Source: Chitinophagales bacterium (lineage in GTDB: Bacteria; Bacteroidota; Bacteroidia; Chitinophagales; BACL12). Taken from it: a stretch of 64,000 bases of DNA. Both the position numbers and the translations under genes were made by a program. The DNA is taken from assembly GCA_041751015.1 (NCBI GenBank), contig JBGSYF010000030.1, forward strand, positions 16,973-80,972. The letters run 5' to 3'. The notes below the pieces were generated by a model. The model saw only the letters and a program-made list of their open reading frames with translations, was not told the origin of the DNA and ran no database searches. This document shows, piece after piece, positions 21,897-31,925 of this stretch (positions are counted from its first letter, which is position 1; each line of letters starts with the position of its first letter).

Positions 21897-22667
21897 ATGT
21901 CAAATAATCCTCTGAATCCACCCCAACCCGACGGACCTAGTTTTCCGGAAGATGCCCTGCATCAGGCCCAGGGCCGCTTCAAAGGGGCCCAGCAGTACTT
22001 GAGTGAGTTTGTTTACGGTGGAATAGACGGGAGCGTGACCACCTTTGCGGTGGTCGCCGGAGCCGCGGGTGCCGGTCTGGGCTCCAATGTGGTGCTCATC
22101 CTGGGCTTTGCCAATCTGCTGGCCGATGGTTTTTCAATGTCGGTGGGCGCTTACCTGAGCAAGAAAAGCGAACTGCAGAACTACCGCAAACACCGCCGCA
22201 TTGAATATTGGGAGGTGGACAACATGCCGGAAACGGAGCGCGAAGAGATCCGCGAGATCTACCGCTCCAAGGGCTTTGAGGGAGAGCTGCTGGAGCAGGT
22301 GGTCAGTGTCATCACCGCAGACCGCGACCGCTGGGTGGACGTGATGATGAAAGAAGAGCTGGAGATGATCCGGGAGCAGAAAAGCCCCATTGCTATGGGC
22401 GCGGTGACCTATGCCTCCTTCCTGCTGGTGGGGGTGGTGCCCCTCTCGGTCTATGTCTGGGACTTTGCGGTGGGCACTTTCCCGTATTCGCTCTTTTGGT
22501 CGGCCAGCGCCCTGACTACCATTGGCTTTGCCGTCATCGGCTGGCTCAAGAGTTCCGTCACCGAAAGCAGCCGCCTGCGCGGGGTGTTCGAAAGCGTGAT
22601 GCTCGGAGCTTTAGCGGCGGCGGTCGCCTATGCGGTCGGCGCTCTTCTGGATGGAATCATCGGGTAG
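21897..22667 (+). CDS. VIT1/CCC1-family Fe/Mn transporter
   Basis: [34 protein letters not shown], Glu-rich cytoplasmic domain. Confidence 0.92.
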   Translation: MSNNPLNPPQPDGPSFPEDALHQAQGRFKGAQQYLSEFVYGGIDGSVTTFAVVAGAAGAGLGSNVVLILGFANLLADGFSMSVGAYLSKKSELQNYRKHRRIEYWEVDNMPETEREEIREIYRSKGFEGELLEQVVSVITADRDRWVDVMMKEELEMIREQKSPIAMGAVTYASFLLVGVVPLSVYVWDFAVGTFPYSLFWSASALTTIGFAVIGWLKSSVTESSRLRGVFESVMLGALAAAVAYAVGALLDGIIG

Positions 22668-22691
22668 TCTACGCCGGCCGGCAGGGCAGCT

Positions 22692-24488
22692 TTAGAATAC
22701 ATAGGCATTCGCCTCAATCATAGCGGCAGCTACGCGGCGGCGGGCCCTCACCGTATCCATGGGCGGGTACTTGCAGAAGCGCTTGAGAGCCATCAGCAGC
22801 ATGCGGGCCTCATCGCCTTCGGCAATGGCCGTGACCGCTCTGTTGCCGTTGACGCGAATGCGCTCGGTAGCGTCGTGGAGGTAGATTCGGGCCATGTCCA
22901 CGCGGGGGCCATCTGCCTCTTCCTGACCGAGATCAACCAGTTTCTGCACCCGCAGCAAGGTGGACTCAGCCACAAAGGTATCGTTGAGCATGTCGGCCAT
23001 CCAGAGCAGCACTTCCTGCTCGGCAGCCAGGCGCTTGCCCAACTTCTGACCGGCATAACCGATCACGGCCAGACAGGCTTTTTTGAAGTTCGAAACAGCG
23101 CTGATCTCCGCGGCAAAGGGCGCGCTCATGTCGGCGTTCAGATCGGGCATACCCATCAATTCCTGCTGCACAGCCATGGCGGCCGGCATGAAGGCGACCT
23201 GACCCGTGAGAGCACGGCGCAACAGCATGTCTATGGTCAACATGCGGTTGATCTCATTGGTGCCCTCGAAGATGCGGTTGATGCGGCTGTCGCGGTAGGC
23301 GCGTGCAGCGGGGTATTCCTCGCTGTATCCGTAACCGCCGTGCACCTGCACCAGTTCGTCCACCACGTAGTCCACCGTCTCAGAGCCGATGACCTTGAGC
23401 ATGGCGCACTCAATGGCGTACTCTTCGGCTGCACCGAGCAGAGCGCTTCTATAGTCTGCGCCTTCGGCCAGCATGCTCTGTTCCTTCTGATCAATCCAGG
23501 CGGTGGCGCGGTAGCAAGCCGATTCCGCCGCGAAGGTGCGCACGGCCATCTCGCCCAGTTTGTGCTTGATGGCGCCAAACTCTGCAATAGGCCGGCCAAA
23601 CTGATGCCGCTCATTGGCGTAGCGCACAGCAGCACCTAAGCCCTGCTTGGCTCCGCCCAACACCCCGGCGCAGAGCTTGATGCGGCCCACGTTGAGGATG
23701 TTGAAGGCGATCTTGTGCCCCTGCCCTATTTCGCCCAGAACATTCTCTACCGGCACTTTGACGTTCTCAAAGAACACCTGTCGGGTCGAAGAGCCCTTAA
23801 TGCCCATCTTCTTCTCTTCGGCACCTACCGAAAGCCCTTCCCACTCACGCTCCACAATAAAGCCGGTGAACTTCTCGCCGTCAATCTTGGCGAACACGAT
23901 AAACACATCGGCAAAACCGGCATTGGTAATCCACATCTTCTGCCCGTTGAGCAGGTAATGCGATCCGTCTGCACTCAAGTCAGCGCGGGTCTTGGCGGCC
24001 AGAGCATCGGAGCCCGATCCGGGCTCGGTCAGGCAATAGGCGGCCTTCCACTCCGCCGTTCCCAGCTTGGGCAGGTACTTGCGTTTCTGGGCTTCGTTGC
24101 CGAAATAGACAATGGGAAGGGTGCCGATGCCCACATGTGCACCAAAGGAAACCGAGAAACTGTGCCCCATCCCGGTCATCTCCGTGATGAGCATGTTGGT
24201 GATGAAATCCTTGCCGTATCCACCGTATTCCTCTGGAATGCTCATGGCGGTCAGACCCAGCTCGGCGCTCTTGTCCAGCAGAGACTGCAGCAGGCCGGGC
24301 TCCATCGCATCAATGCGATCCAGATTGGGATAGATCTCCGTTTCGATGAACTGCTGCACCGTATCGGCGATCATGCGCTGTTCTTCATTGATCTCTTCGC
24401 GGATAAAGGTCTGCTCCGGAGTGCTTGCACTCACCAGAAATTCTCCGCCTCGCAGAGTTTGCCGGGTTTTTACGCTTGGACTTGCCAT
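22692..24488 (-). CDS. Acyl-CoA dehydrogenase (paralogue 2)
   Basis: YCLTEPGSGSDA, GQKMWITN, KMGIKGSST, QVHGGYGY, RIFEGTNEI; start at ATG 24488. Confidence 0.95.
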   Translation of the reverse strand: MASPSVKTRQTLRGGEFLVSASTPEQTFIREEINEEQRMIADTVQQFIETEIYPNLDRIDAMEPGLLQSLLDKSAELGLTAMSIPEEYGGYGKDFITNMLITEMTGMGHSFSVSFGAHVGIGTLPIVYFGNEAQKRKYLPKLGTAEWKAAYCLTEPGSGSDALAAKTRADLSADGSHYLLNGQKMWITNAGFADVFIVFAKIDGEKFTGFIVEREWEGLSVGAEEKKMGIKGSSTRQVFFENVKVPVENVLGEIGQGHKIAFNILNVGRIKLCAGVLGGAKQGLGAAVRYANERHQFGRPIAEFGAIKHKLGEMAVRTFAAESACYRATAWIDQKEQSMLAEGADYRSALLGAAEEYAIECAMLKVIGSETVDYVVDELVQVHGGYGYSEEYPAARAYRDSRINRIFEGTNEINRMLTIDMLLRRALTGQVAFMPAAMAVQQELMGMPDLNADMSAPFAAEISAVSNFKKACLAVIGYAGQKLGKRLAAEQEVLLWMADMLNDTFVAESTLLRVQKLVDLGQEEADGPRVDMARIYLHDATERIRVNGNRAVTAIAEGDEARMLLMALKRFCKYPPMDTVRARRRVAAAMIEANAYVF

Positions 24489-24525
24489 GGTGAAACAGGG
24501 ATAAAGAGTAGAGAGATGGGAAAGA

Positions 24526-26316
24526 TTAGTAGGCGTACTGATTGGCTTCAATCAGGGTGGCGGCAATGCGGCGGCGCGCGGCAATGCTGTTGTAGGGTTC
24601 GGCCTTGGTGTAGCGCTTGAGACCTAGCAGCATCATGCGCAGCATATCGCCCTCGGCGAAGGCACAGATGGCCGTGCGGCCCGAATCGGCAATGCGGGAG
24701 ATGGCACCGTCGAGGTAAACCCGACACAGATCAGCCTGATCGGAGCAGGCCTCCTCACCGCGCTCCAGCATCATCTTCTCGGTGCGCAACACCGTGCTTT
24801 CACAGGCGAAGACTTCGATGAGCATGTCGGCCAGGCACATCATGACTTCCTGTTCTTTGTCCAGCTTGGTGCTGTAGTGCTGAGCGGCGGCTCCGGCCAC
24901 CATGAGCAGAGCCTTCTTGGCGTTCTCTACCGCGCGCTTCTCCGCGCCCAGCAGACCTTCCGGGCTGCTCATGTCGGGCATACCCATCAATTCCTGTTGA
25001 ACGGCAGTGGCAGCGCCGAGCATATTGAGCTGACCCTTCATGGCCCTTTTGAGCAACATGCCCACAGACAATAGGCGGTTGATCTCATTGGTGCCTTCAA
25101 AGATGCGGTTGATGCGGGCGTCGCGGTAGGCCCGGGCAACCGGGCTCTCTTCTGAGAAACCCATTCCACCGTAAATCTGAACGGCTTCATCTACAGCATA
25201 ATCCAATACTTCTGACCCAAATACTTTTAGGATAGCACATTCTATGCTGTACTCTTCGGCGGCTTCCAGTTTGGCCAGATAGCGGGGCTTGCCGGATTCT
25301 TCCAGAGCCAGGATCATCTCGTTGATAAGTCCGGAGGTTCTGAATGTCGCCGATTCCGAAGCGTAGATGCGGCTGGCCATCTCGGCCATCTTGTGCTGCA
25401 TGGCGCCGAAGGTGGAGATGGGCACGCCAAACTGAACGCGCTCATTGGCATAGCGAATGGCTGTGCTGCAAGCTGCCTTGGCACCGCCGGTCACCATAGC
25501 GCAGAGCTTGTAGCGGCCGATGTTGAGCACGTTGAAGGCGATCTTGTGCCCCTGCCCTATCTCGCCCAGAACATTCTCCACCGGAACGGGGGTGTTCTCA
25601 AAGAACACCTGACGGGTCGAGGAACCCTTGATGCCCATCTTGTCCTCTTCCTCTCCCAGGGTGATGCCAGCAGCGTCGGCATCCAGGATAAAGCCGGTGA
25701 ACTTGTCGCCGTCAATCTTGGCAAAGACGATAAACAGATCGGCAAAACCCGAATTGGTGATCCACATCTTCTGCCCGTTGAGCAGGTAGTGTGTTCCCTC
25801 GGGGTTCAGGTCTGCGCGGGTCTTGGCGGCCAGGGCGTCGGAACCCGAACCGGGTTCCGTGAGGCAGTAAGAAGCCTTGAGTTTGCCGCTGGCCATGCCG
25901 GGCAGATACTTGGCCTTCTGTGATTCGGTGCCGAAGTAGAGCACGGGCAGAGTTCCGATTCCGGTGTGCGCCGCAACGGCCACACCGAAGGAGTAGCTCT
26001 TTCCGATCTCTTCGCTCAGCAGGGTTTCGGTATTGAAGTTGACCCCCATTCCACCGTAAGCCTCCGGAAGGCTGGCGCCGAGTAAACCCAGTTCTCCCGC
26101 TTCTTCAAGCAGTCCAACAACAATATGAAAACCCTTGTTATCAATTTCATTCACTTGAGGAAGCACGCGCTTGTCCACAAACTCTCTGGCAGAGTCGCGG
26201 AACATAGCTTGTTCTTCATTGATATCACCCGGTGTGAAGGTCTCTTCGGCCTTGCTGCTTTGGATCAGAAAAGCGCCCCCTTTGAGCACCTGCCTGTTTT
26301 GTGTGATGGTTGACAT
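24526..26316 (-). CDS. Acyl-CoA dehydrogenase (paralogue 1)
   Basis: YCLTEPGSGSDA, GQKMWITN, QIYGGMGF, RIFEGTNEI. Confidence 0.95.
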   Translation of the reverse strand: MSTITQNRQVLKGGAFLIQSSKAEETFTPGDINEEQAMFRDSAREFVDKRVLPQVNEIDNKGFHIVVGLLEEAGELGLLGASLPEAYGGMGVNFNTETLLSEEIGKSYSFGVAVAAHTGIGTLPVLYFGTESQKAKYLPGMASGKLKASYCLTEPGSGSDALAAKTRADLNPEGTHYLLNGQKMWITNSGFADLFIVFAKIDGDKFTGFILDADAAGITLGEEEDKMGIKGSSTRQVFFENTPVPVENVLGEIGQGHKIAFNVLNIGRYKLCAMVTGGAKAACSTAIRYANERVQFGVPISTFGAMQHKMAEMASRIYASESATFRTSGLINEMILALEESGKPRYLAKLEAAEEYSIECAILKVFGSEVLDYAVDEAVQIYGGMGFSEESPVARAYRDARINRIFEGTNEINRLLSVGMLLKRAMKGQLNMLGAATAVQQELMGMPDMSSPEGLLGAEKRAVENAKKALLMVAGAAAQHYSTKLDKEQEVMMCLADMLIEVFACESTVLRTEKMMLERGEEACSDQADLCRVYLDGAISRIADSGRTAICAFAEGDMLRMMLLGLKRYTKAEPYNSIAARRRIAATLIEANQYAY

Positions 26317-26359
26317 AGCTTGAAAATTAAAATAAGAAAAAGGGAGATTCTTAGTGGGC

Positions 26360-27538
26360 TCAGTTCAGGTTTTCGTAAATGCCGGCCACGCCCTGTCCCC
26401 CGCCGACGCAAGCGGTAACCATCCCGTACTTTGAGTTAGTACGTTTCAGGTCATTGAGGAGTTGCACGGTCAGCTTGGTTCCGGAGCAGCCCAGCGGGTG
26501 TCCCAGCGCGATGGCACCCCCGTTGATGTTCACCACATCGGGGTTCAAACCGGCTTCGCGGATCACCGCCAGCGATTGGGATGCAAAGGCTTCATTGAGC
26601 TCAATAAGGTTGATATCGGCCAGCTTGAGACCGGCCAGCTTGAGGGCTTTGGGAATGGCAGCAACCGGACCTATACCCATGATGCGGGGCTCCACGCCAA
26701 CGGTGGTGCAGGTGATCATCCGCGCGATGGGCGTGAGCTTGTGCTCCTTGACCATGCGCTCCGAGCAGACCAGCACAAAGGCCGCTCCGTCGGAGGTCTG
26801 GGAGCTGTTGCCCGCCGTCACCGTGCCTCCGGCTGCAAAAACGGGCCGCAACTTGCTCAGGCTGTCCAGGTTGGTGTCCGCGCGGGGCCCTTCATCGGTA
26901 TCTACGGTATAGCTGCGCTCCTGGCGCTTGCCGGCATCGTTGACAAAGACTTCGGTGACTTCCACCGGGGCAATTCCGGCCTTGAAATGGCCGGCCTTAA
27001 TGGCTGCGGTGGCTTTTTTGTGTGAATTCAGGGCGAATTGGTCCTGGTCTTCGCGCGAAACTTTGTACTGGTTGGCTACGGCTTCGGCGGTCAGTCCCAT
27101 GGCGCTGTAGTAGTCGGGATTGTCCACGCTGACCTGGTAGTTCAGGGTTGGCTTATAGCCCACCATGGGAACCAGGCTCATGCTCTCCACCCCGCCGGCA
27201 ATGATGCACTCGGCCATTCCCGCCCGGATCTTGGCGGTGGCCATGGCTATGGTCTCCACGCCGGAGGCGCAGTAGCGGTTGACGGTCACCCCCGCAGTCG
27301 TTTGGGGCATTACGCGCACGGAGATCATGCGCCCGATCTGCATGCCCTGTTCCGCTTCGGGAATGGCGTTGCCCACGATGACATCTTCGACCAGGCTGCG
27401 GTCAAAAGAGGGCACGGAGTTCATCAGGTGATTGATCACGTCCACCGCCAGATCATCGGGGCGCACAAAACGGAATCCTCCCTTTTTGGCTTTGGTTACG
27501 GCGCTGCGGTAACCAGCTACGATATATGCTTCTTGCAT
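26360..27538 (-). CDS. fadA: Acetyl-CoA C-acyltransferase (thiolase)
   Basis: NRYCASG, NEAFA, GHPLG and CVGGGQG catalytic motifs. Confidence 0.93.
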   Translation of the reverse strand: MQEAYIVAGYRSAVTKAKKGGFRFVRPDDLAVDVINHLMNSVPSFDRSLVEDVIVGNAIPEAEQGMQIGRMISVRVMPQTTAGVTVNRYCASGVETIAMATAKIRAGMAECIIAGGVESMSLVPMVGYKPTLNYQVSVDNPDYYSAMGLTAEAVANQYKVSREDQDQFALNSHKKATAAIKAGHFKAGIAPVEVTEVFVNDAGKRQERSYTVDTDEGPRADTNLDSLSKLRPVFAAGGTVTAGNSSQTSDGAAFVLVCSERMVKEHKLTPIARMITCTTVGVEPRIMGIGPVAAIPKALKLAGLKLADINLIELNEAFASQSLAVIREAGLNPDVVNINGGAIALGHPLGCSGTKLTVQLLNDLKRTNSKYGMVTACVGGGQGVAGIYENLN

Positions 27539-27575
27539 TGGTTTTTCTTGTATAGTTTTCTTTAAAAAGAGAAGA

Positions 27576-30011
27576 TCAGTTGCGCAGTGGTCTGCCCGTG
27601 GTCAGAATGTGCTGCACCCTCTCCAGGGTTTTCTTCTGACCCAGCAGGGAGAGGAAGGCTTCGCGCTCCAGATCGAGCAGGTACTGTTCAGAGACCTGCT
27701 GCGGGCTGCTCAGATCTCCACCGCAAATCACATAGGCGAGCTTGCCGGCAATCAGGGCATCGTGCTCCGAGATGTAATTGGCGCGTTTCATCGAGTCGAT
27801 GGCCACGTTGAAGGAGCCCAGGGCGGTGCGGCCCAAGACCTTGACATCGCTGCGGCGGCTCGGTTGCACATAGCCCTTGCGATCCAGGTCCAGCACTTCG
27901 GCCTTGGCCTCGGCGATCAGGCGATCCTGGTTGATGACCACCCGGTCGCGCTGGTGCTGGAAGATGCCCAGATTGTAGGCCTCATAGCCCGAAGTGGCCA
28001 CCTTGGCCTGCGCGATGTTGAGCAGATACTCCTGCAGGACGTTGAGCTCCACGTCGCCTTCGCGGTAGGCATCTGCTGCGCGAAGGGCGAATTCCTTGGT
28101 GCCGCCACCGGCGGGAATCAAACCGGCCCCCACTTCGACCAGACCGATATAGGTCTCTGCGGCAGCCACCACGGCATCGGCGTGCATGCTCAGTTCGCAA
28201 CCTCCGCCCAGGGTCAGACCATGGGGTGCCGCCACCACCGGAACGGAGCTGAAGCGAGCGCGGGCCACCGTGTCCTGGAAGACCTTGATGGCCATGTTCA
28301 ACTCGTCAAACTCCTGCTCCATAGCCAGCATGAGCATCATCATCAGGTTGGCCCCGGCAGAGAAATTGGGCGCGTCGTTGCCGATCACCAAACCGCGGTA
28401 GTTCTGCTCGGCAAGGCTGATGCCCTTGTTGAGACCTTCGATGATCTCACTGCCCATAGCATTCATCTTGGTATGGAACTCCAGACAGAGCACTCCATCG
28501 CCAATGTCGTGTAGGGTGGCCCCGGAATTGGACCATACCGGAGAGTTTGCCCGGTAGTTGTCCAGGATGATGAAGCCTTCCGTTCCGGGAACGGCTTTGT
28601 AGGCCTTGTCGGGAATGCTGTAGTAGAGGCGCTTTCCCCCTTCGAGCTTGTAGAAGCTCTCGTGACCGGCGGCCAGCATCTCTTCTACCCAGGCGGCGGG
28701 TGCGTATCCGGCGGCCTTCATATGCTCTGCAGTCTGGCGCACACCCAGGGCATCCCAGGCCTCAAAGGGTCCGATTTCCCAGGCAAATCCGGCGCGAAGG
28801 GCGTCGTCAATCTTGTAGAGTTCCTCGGCGATTTCTGGAATGCGCAGGCTCACATAGCGGCTGATGCGATAGCTCGCCTGGCGGTAGAATTCACCGGCCT
28901 TGTCTTCGGCCTTGTGCAATACACGGAGTCGCTTGCGCAGATCGTCCACTGGCTTGGCGGCCTTGATGGCGTCAAAGCGGGGCTTGGTGGATTCGCGGTA
29001 CTCGAGGGTGTTGAGATCCAGAGCCAGGATCTGACGGCTGCCATCAGCAGCCTTGGTCTTCTTGTAGAAACCCTGCCCGGTTTTGTCGCCCAGCCAGTTG
29101 TTCTCGGCCATCTTGCGCACAAAGTCTGGAATGGCAAAAGCATCGCGACTCTCATCATTTGGACAATCTTTGTATAAATTGTCTGCTACTTTGATGAAGG
29201 TGTCCAGACCCACCACATCGGCGGTGCGGAAGGTGGCCGATTTGGGTCGGCCCGAGATGGTTCCGGTCAGCGCGTCAATCTCTTCAATGCTCAGCCCCAT
29301 TTCCACCTGAAGACCGATGATGGTCATCATGCTGAACACCCCGATGCGATTGGCGATGAAGGCGGGTGTGTCCTTGCACAACACCGTGGTCTTGCCCAGT
29401 TGCAGACTGCCGAAGTTCATCAGGAAGCTGACCAACTCCGGATCGGTCTCGGCTGTGGGGATGATCTCCAACAGGCGCAGATAACGCGGCGGGTTGAAGA
29501 AGTGCGTACCGACAAAGTGCTTCTTGAAGTCGTCGGAGCGGCCTTCGAGCATGCTCTGGATGGGAATGCCGGAAGTATTGGAGGAGATGATGCTGCCCTT
29601 GCGGCGGTGCTGCTCTACCTGCTCAAAGACCTGCTTCTTGATGGCCAGATTTTCGATGACCGCTTCCAGCACCCAGTCGGCGTCGGCGATCAGCCCCATA
29701 TCGTCGCTGAAATTGCCGGTGCGGACTCGGGAGGCAAAGGCTTTGTCATATAGAGCTGCCGGGTTGGCCTTGATGGTAGCCTGAAATGCCCCGTCAACGA
29801 TGCGGTTGCGGGCGCTCTTCTGCTTTTTCTCCTCATCGCTCAGGTTGCCCGGAACGATGTCCAGCAGCACGACCTCACAGCCGATGTTGGCAAAATGACA
29901 GGCAATCCGCGAGCCCATCACACCGGAGCCCAGCACAGCGACTTTCTTGACCGGCCGGTTCTTATGTGTTGCGGGATTGGACTTGGGTTTTGATTCCAGC
30001 ACAGCTTCCAT
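27576..30011 (-). CDS. 3-hydroxyacyl-CoA dehydrogenase/enoyl-CoA hydratase (FadN-type)
   Basis: VLGSGVMG Rossmann motif, SNTSG, HFFNPPRY, C-terminal crotonase FSAGANL and GGGCE. Confidence 0.95.
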   Translation of the reverse strand: MEAVLESKPKSNPATHKNRPVKKVAVLGSGVMGSRIACHFANIGCEVVLLDIVPGNLSDEEKKQKSARNRIVDGAFQATIKANPAALYDKAFASRVRTGNFSDDMGLIADADWVLEAVIENLAIKKQVFEQVEQHRRKGSIISSNTSGIPIQSMLEGRSDDFKKHFVGTHFFNPPRYLRLLEIIPTAETDPELVSFLMNFGSLQLGKTTVLCKDTPAFIANRIGVFSMMTIIGLQVEMGLSIEEIDALTGTISGRPKSATFRTADVVGLDTFIKVADNLYKDCPNDESRDAFAIPDFVRKMAENNWLGDKTGQGFYKKTKAADGSRQILALDLNTLEYRESTKPRFDAIKAAKPVDDLRKRLRVLHKAEDKAGEFYRQASYRISRYVSLRIPEIAEELYKIDDALRAGFAWEIGPFEAWDALGVRQTAEHMKAAGYAPAAWVEEMLAAGHESFYKLEGGKRLYYSIPDKAYKAVPGTEGFIILDNYRANSPVWSNSGATLHDIGDGVLCLEFHTKMNAMGSEIIEGLNKGISLAEQNYRGLVIGNDAPNFSAGANLMMMLMLAMEQEFDELNMAIKVFQDTVARARFSSVPVVAAPHGLTLGGGCELSMHADAVVAAAETYIGLVEVGAGLIPAGGGTKEFALRAADAYREGDVELNVLQEYLLNIAQAKVATSGYEAYNLGIFQHQRDRVVINQDRLIAEAKAEVLDLDRKGYVQPSRRSDVKVLGRTALGSFNVAIDSMKRANYISEHDALIAGKLAYVICGGDLSSPQQVSEQYLLDLEREAFLSLLGQKKTLERVQHILTTGRPLRN

Positions 30012-30054
30012 AATGCGTTCTATATTTTCAGGATTTGGTGAGACGAGGTTTTAT

Positions 30055-30068
30055 CAAACAGTCGTTTG
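30055..30068. promoter_or_regulatory. Candidate TetR operator O2
   Basis: Palindrome CAAAC-AGTC-GTTTG between the TetR stop and the hydratase/dehydrogenase start; matches O1. Confidence 0.6.
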
Positions 30069-30069
30069 G

Positions 30070-30660
30070 TCAATTTCTGACCTGAACGGGGTCTTTACAG
30101 AGTTTTTCAAACTTCTCTCCAATTTGTTCCAGGGCCTGTTGGAGATAGGAGCGGTCGTTGAACACCCTCATGAGCATGGTGGCGCCCTCTACAGCGGCAA
30201 CGGTCTCCCGGGCCAGTTCTGCAGCCCGCTCATCGGGCAATTCCTGGCGGTAGATATGGGCCATAGCGTCAATCCACTCCTGAAAGAAGCTGCTGATCAG
30301 GCCGCTGAACTCTGGAACCACAGAGTTGGTCTCCATGGCGATGTTGGCCATCAGACAGCCCCCTTCCTGACCGTAGAAGAGCTCCTGATAGAACTTGGCC
30401 AGCATGCTGAGCTTCTGACGGGCCCCGAGTTTGTCGTCATAAGCGTGTCGAAAGGCGTTGTGGCGATAATACTCGTGCAGATAGATGATCACTTCCTTCA
30501 TCAACATCTCCTTGCCGGGAAAGTAGTGATAGATGCTGCCCTTCAGCAGACCGCAGGCCACCCCGATGTCCGACATGGAGGTGGCGTGGTATCCGCGATC
30601 CCTGAACAGGTGCAGGGCTTCACGGATGATGAATTCGCGGTTTACTTTCTTCTTAGCCAT
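30070..30660 (-). CDS. TetR/AcrR-family regulator heading the beta-oxidation operon
   Basis: HTH LFRDRGYHATSMSDI...KGSIYHYFPGKE; GCL motif. Confidence 0.93.
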   Translation of the reverse strand: MAKKKVNREFIIREALHLFRDRGYHATSMSDIGVACGLLKGSIYHYFPGKEMLMKEVIIYLHEYYRHNAFRHAYDDKLGARQKLSMLAKFYQELFYGQEGGCLMANIAMETNSVVPEFSGLISSFFQEWIDAMAHIYRQELPDERAAELARETVAAVEGATMLMRVFNDRSYLQQALEQIGEKFEKLCKDPVQVRN

Positions 30661-30765
30661 GGTTCTGAGTCCTCCTTCTAAGCCCGATCGGCGCGGCTTA
30701 GCCCGGATGGATTAGACCGGTTTTGCCATTGATGTGCAAGGCTCAGCTAGAGCCCTGCTTAATGT

Positions 30766-30798
30766 CAAATTTACATGAAGCTGTTCAATTTTACCAAA
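30766..30798 (-). promoter_or_regulatory. Promoter of the tetR-fad operon
   Basis: Minus strand TTTG (30798-30795), 21-nt spacer, TAAATTTG (30773-30766). Confidence 0.75.
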
Positions 30799-30808
30799 CG
30801 GTTGTTTG
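30795..30808. promoter_or_regulatory. Candidate TetR operator O1 overlapping the -33 box
   Basis: Palindrome CAAAC-GGTT-GTTTG. Confidence 0.65.
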
Positions 30809-30964
30809 AATACAATAGAATTTTTTTATCTAGAGTTTGTTAAAAATTACATAAGACAAGGCGGGCAGGCCTTTCAGAAGTACTGAGCTTGCATAAGGCG
30901 GGTAAATTCAGCCTTAGGAGAGCAAAAACACCCAATCTTGCTTCCATGAGCATCATCGGGGCTC

Positions 30965-30997
30965 AAAAAAAACGCCCGAATCCTGAGATCCGGGCGT
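30965..30997 (-). terminator. Intrinsic terminator downstream of the second TetR gene
   Basis: Minus strand ACGCCCG-GATC-tcag-GATT-CGGGCG-T8. Confidence 0.85.
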
Positions 30998-31042
30998 CCT
31001 AAACCGTGAAATGAGAAACGAAGACCCCTCACGAGCAAGCTC

Positions 31043-31618
31043 TCAGACTCCGTTGAGGGCGGCGCTAAGCTTGATCTTATCGCGTTTGTTCTTCAAAAGG
31101 CCTGAGAAAACCCCATAAAGCTTGCGTGCGCTCGCTTTATTGCGGTTGGCACAGAGCATCTGAACACCCAGATAAGCGGTATACTCTACCTCAGCCAACA
31201 ACTTAGCATCTTCGGTAGGATAGCCCATCTCCATGAACTGGCTGCTCAACATGCGCATGCGCTTCTTGTCCATCTTGTCGAGAATCTTGGTGACTTTTTC
31301 CCGGCCAAAGGACCAGGCCCTGATCACCACTTCCAGCCTGGGAGGCATATCCAAAACTCGTTCGTGAAAACTTCGCAATCGCTGATCGGGATTGCCCTCG
31401 CTGTCCAGGGCTTCGACCAGATGCTGGTGCATCATGGCCTCCCAGGACTCTACGAGTTTGTCCACATAATCATCAATGTTGGTAAAATGGTGGTAAAAAG
31501 AACCGATGGAGATGTCCAGCCGTTTGCAGAGGCGATCAATCTTGATGCCTTCAAAGCCACTCTCCGACAATTCTTCTAAACCCGCTTTCAACCAATCCTG
31601 CCTTCCTAATCTTGCCAT
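31043..31618 (-). CDS. TetR/AcrR-family regulator
   Basis: DWLKAGLEEL..GFEGIKIDRLC..ISIGSFYHHF HTH. Confidence 0.9.
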   Translation of the reverse strand: MARLGRQDWLKAGLEELSESGFEGIKIDRLCKRLDISIGSFYHHFTNIDDYVDKLVESWEAMMHQHLVEALDSEGNPDQRLRSFHERVLDMPPRLEVVIRAWSFGREKVTKILDKMDKKRMRMLSSQFMEMGYPTEDAKLLAEVEYTAYLGVQMLCANRNKASARKLYGVFSGLLKNKRDKIKLSAALNGV

Positions 31619-31925
31619 ATCTAGAGGTGTGAACCCGGCTTTAGTGCCGGGAGGGTGAATAATTGCTGTTGTTTTATGAATCCTGTGAATCCTGACCGAT
31701 CGATATGATTTAACAGTACTGTAACCTATATTCGGTTACCTATATCGCTTATTTAAGAAAGGCTAAATGTAATGAAGAAGCCCTGACCATCCAAAAATAT
31801 AAGAGTCTAAACACCGAATTGTTCATTTATTTTTCTGCTGAACCCCGCGCCATCCCTGAAAACCGCTAGATAACACAAGGTTATATATGGTTCCGACCGT
31901 ATGACACCTTATACTTCACAACATT

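Noticed and set aside
31619-31925. AT-rich spacer with TGAATCCTG x2, ACAGTACTGT and GTAACC-N7-GGTTAC dyads
   Set aside because: Could hold the second TetR's operator, but no second copy supports any one motif; not a CRISPR or ncRNA pattern
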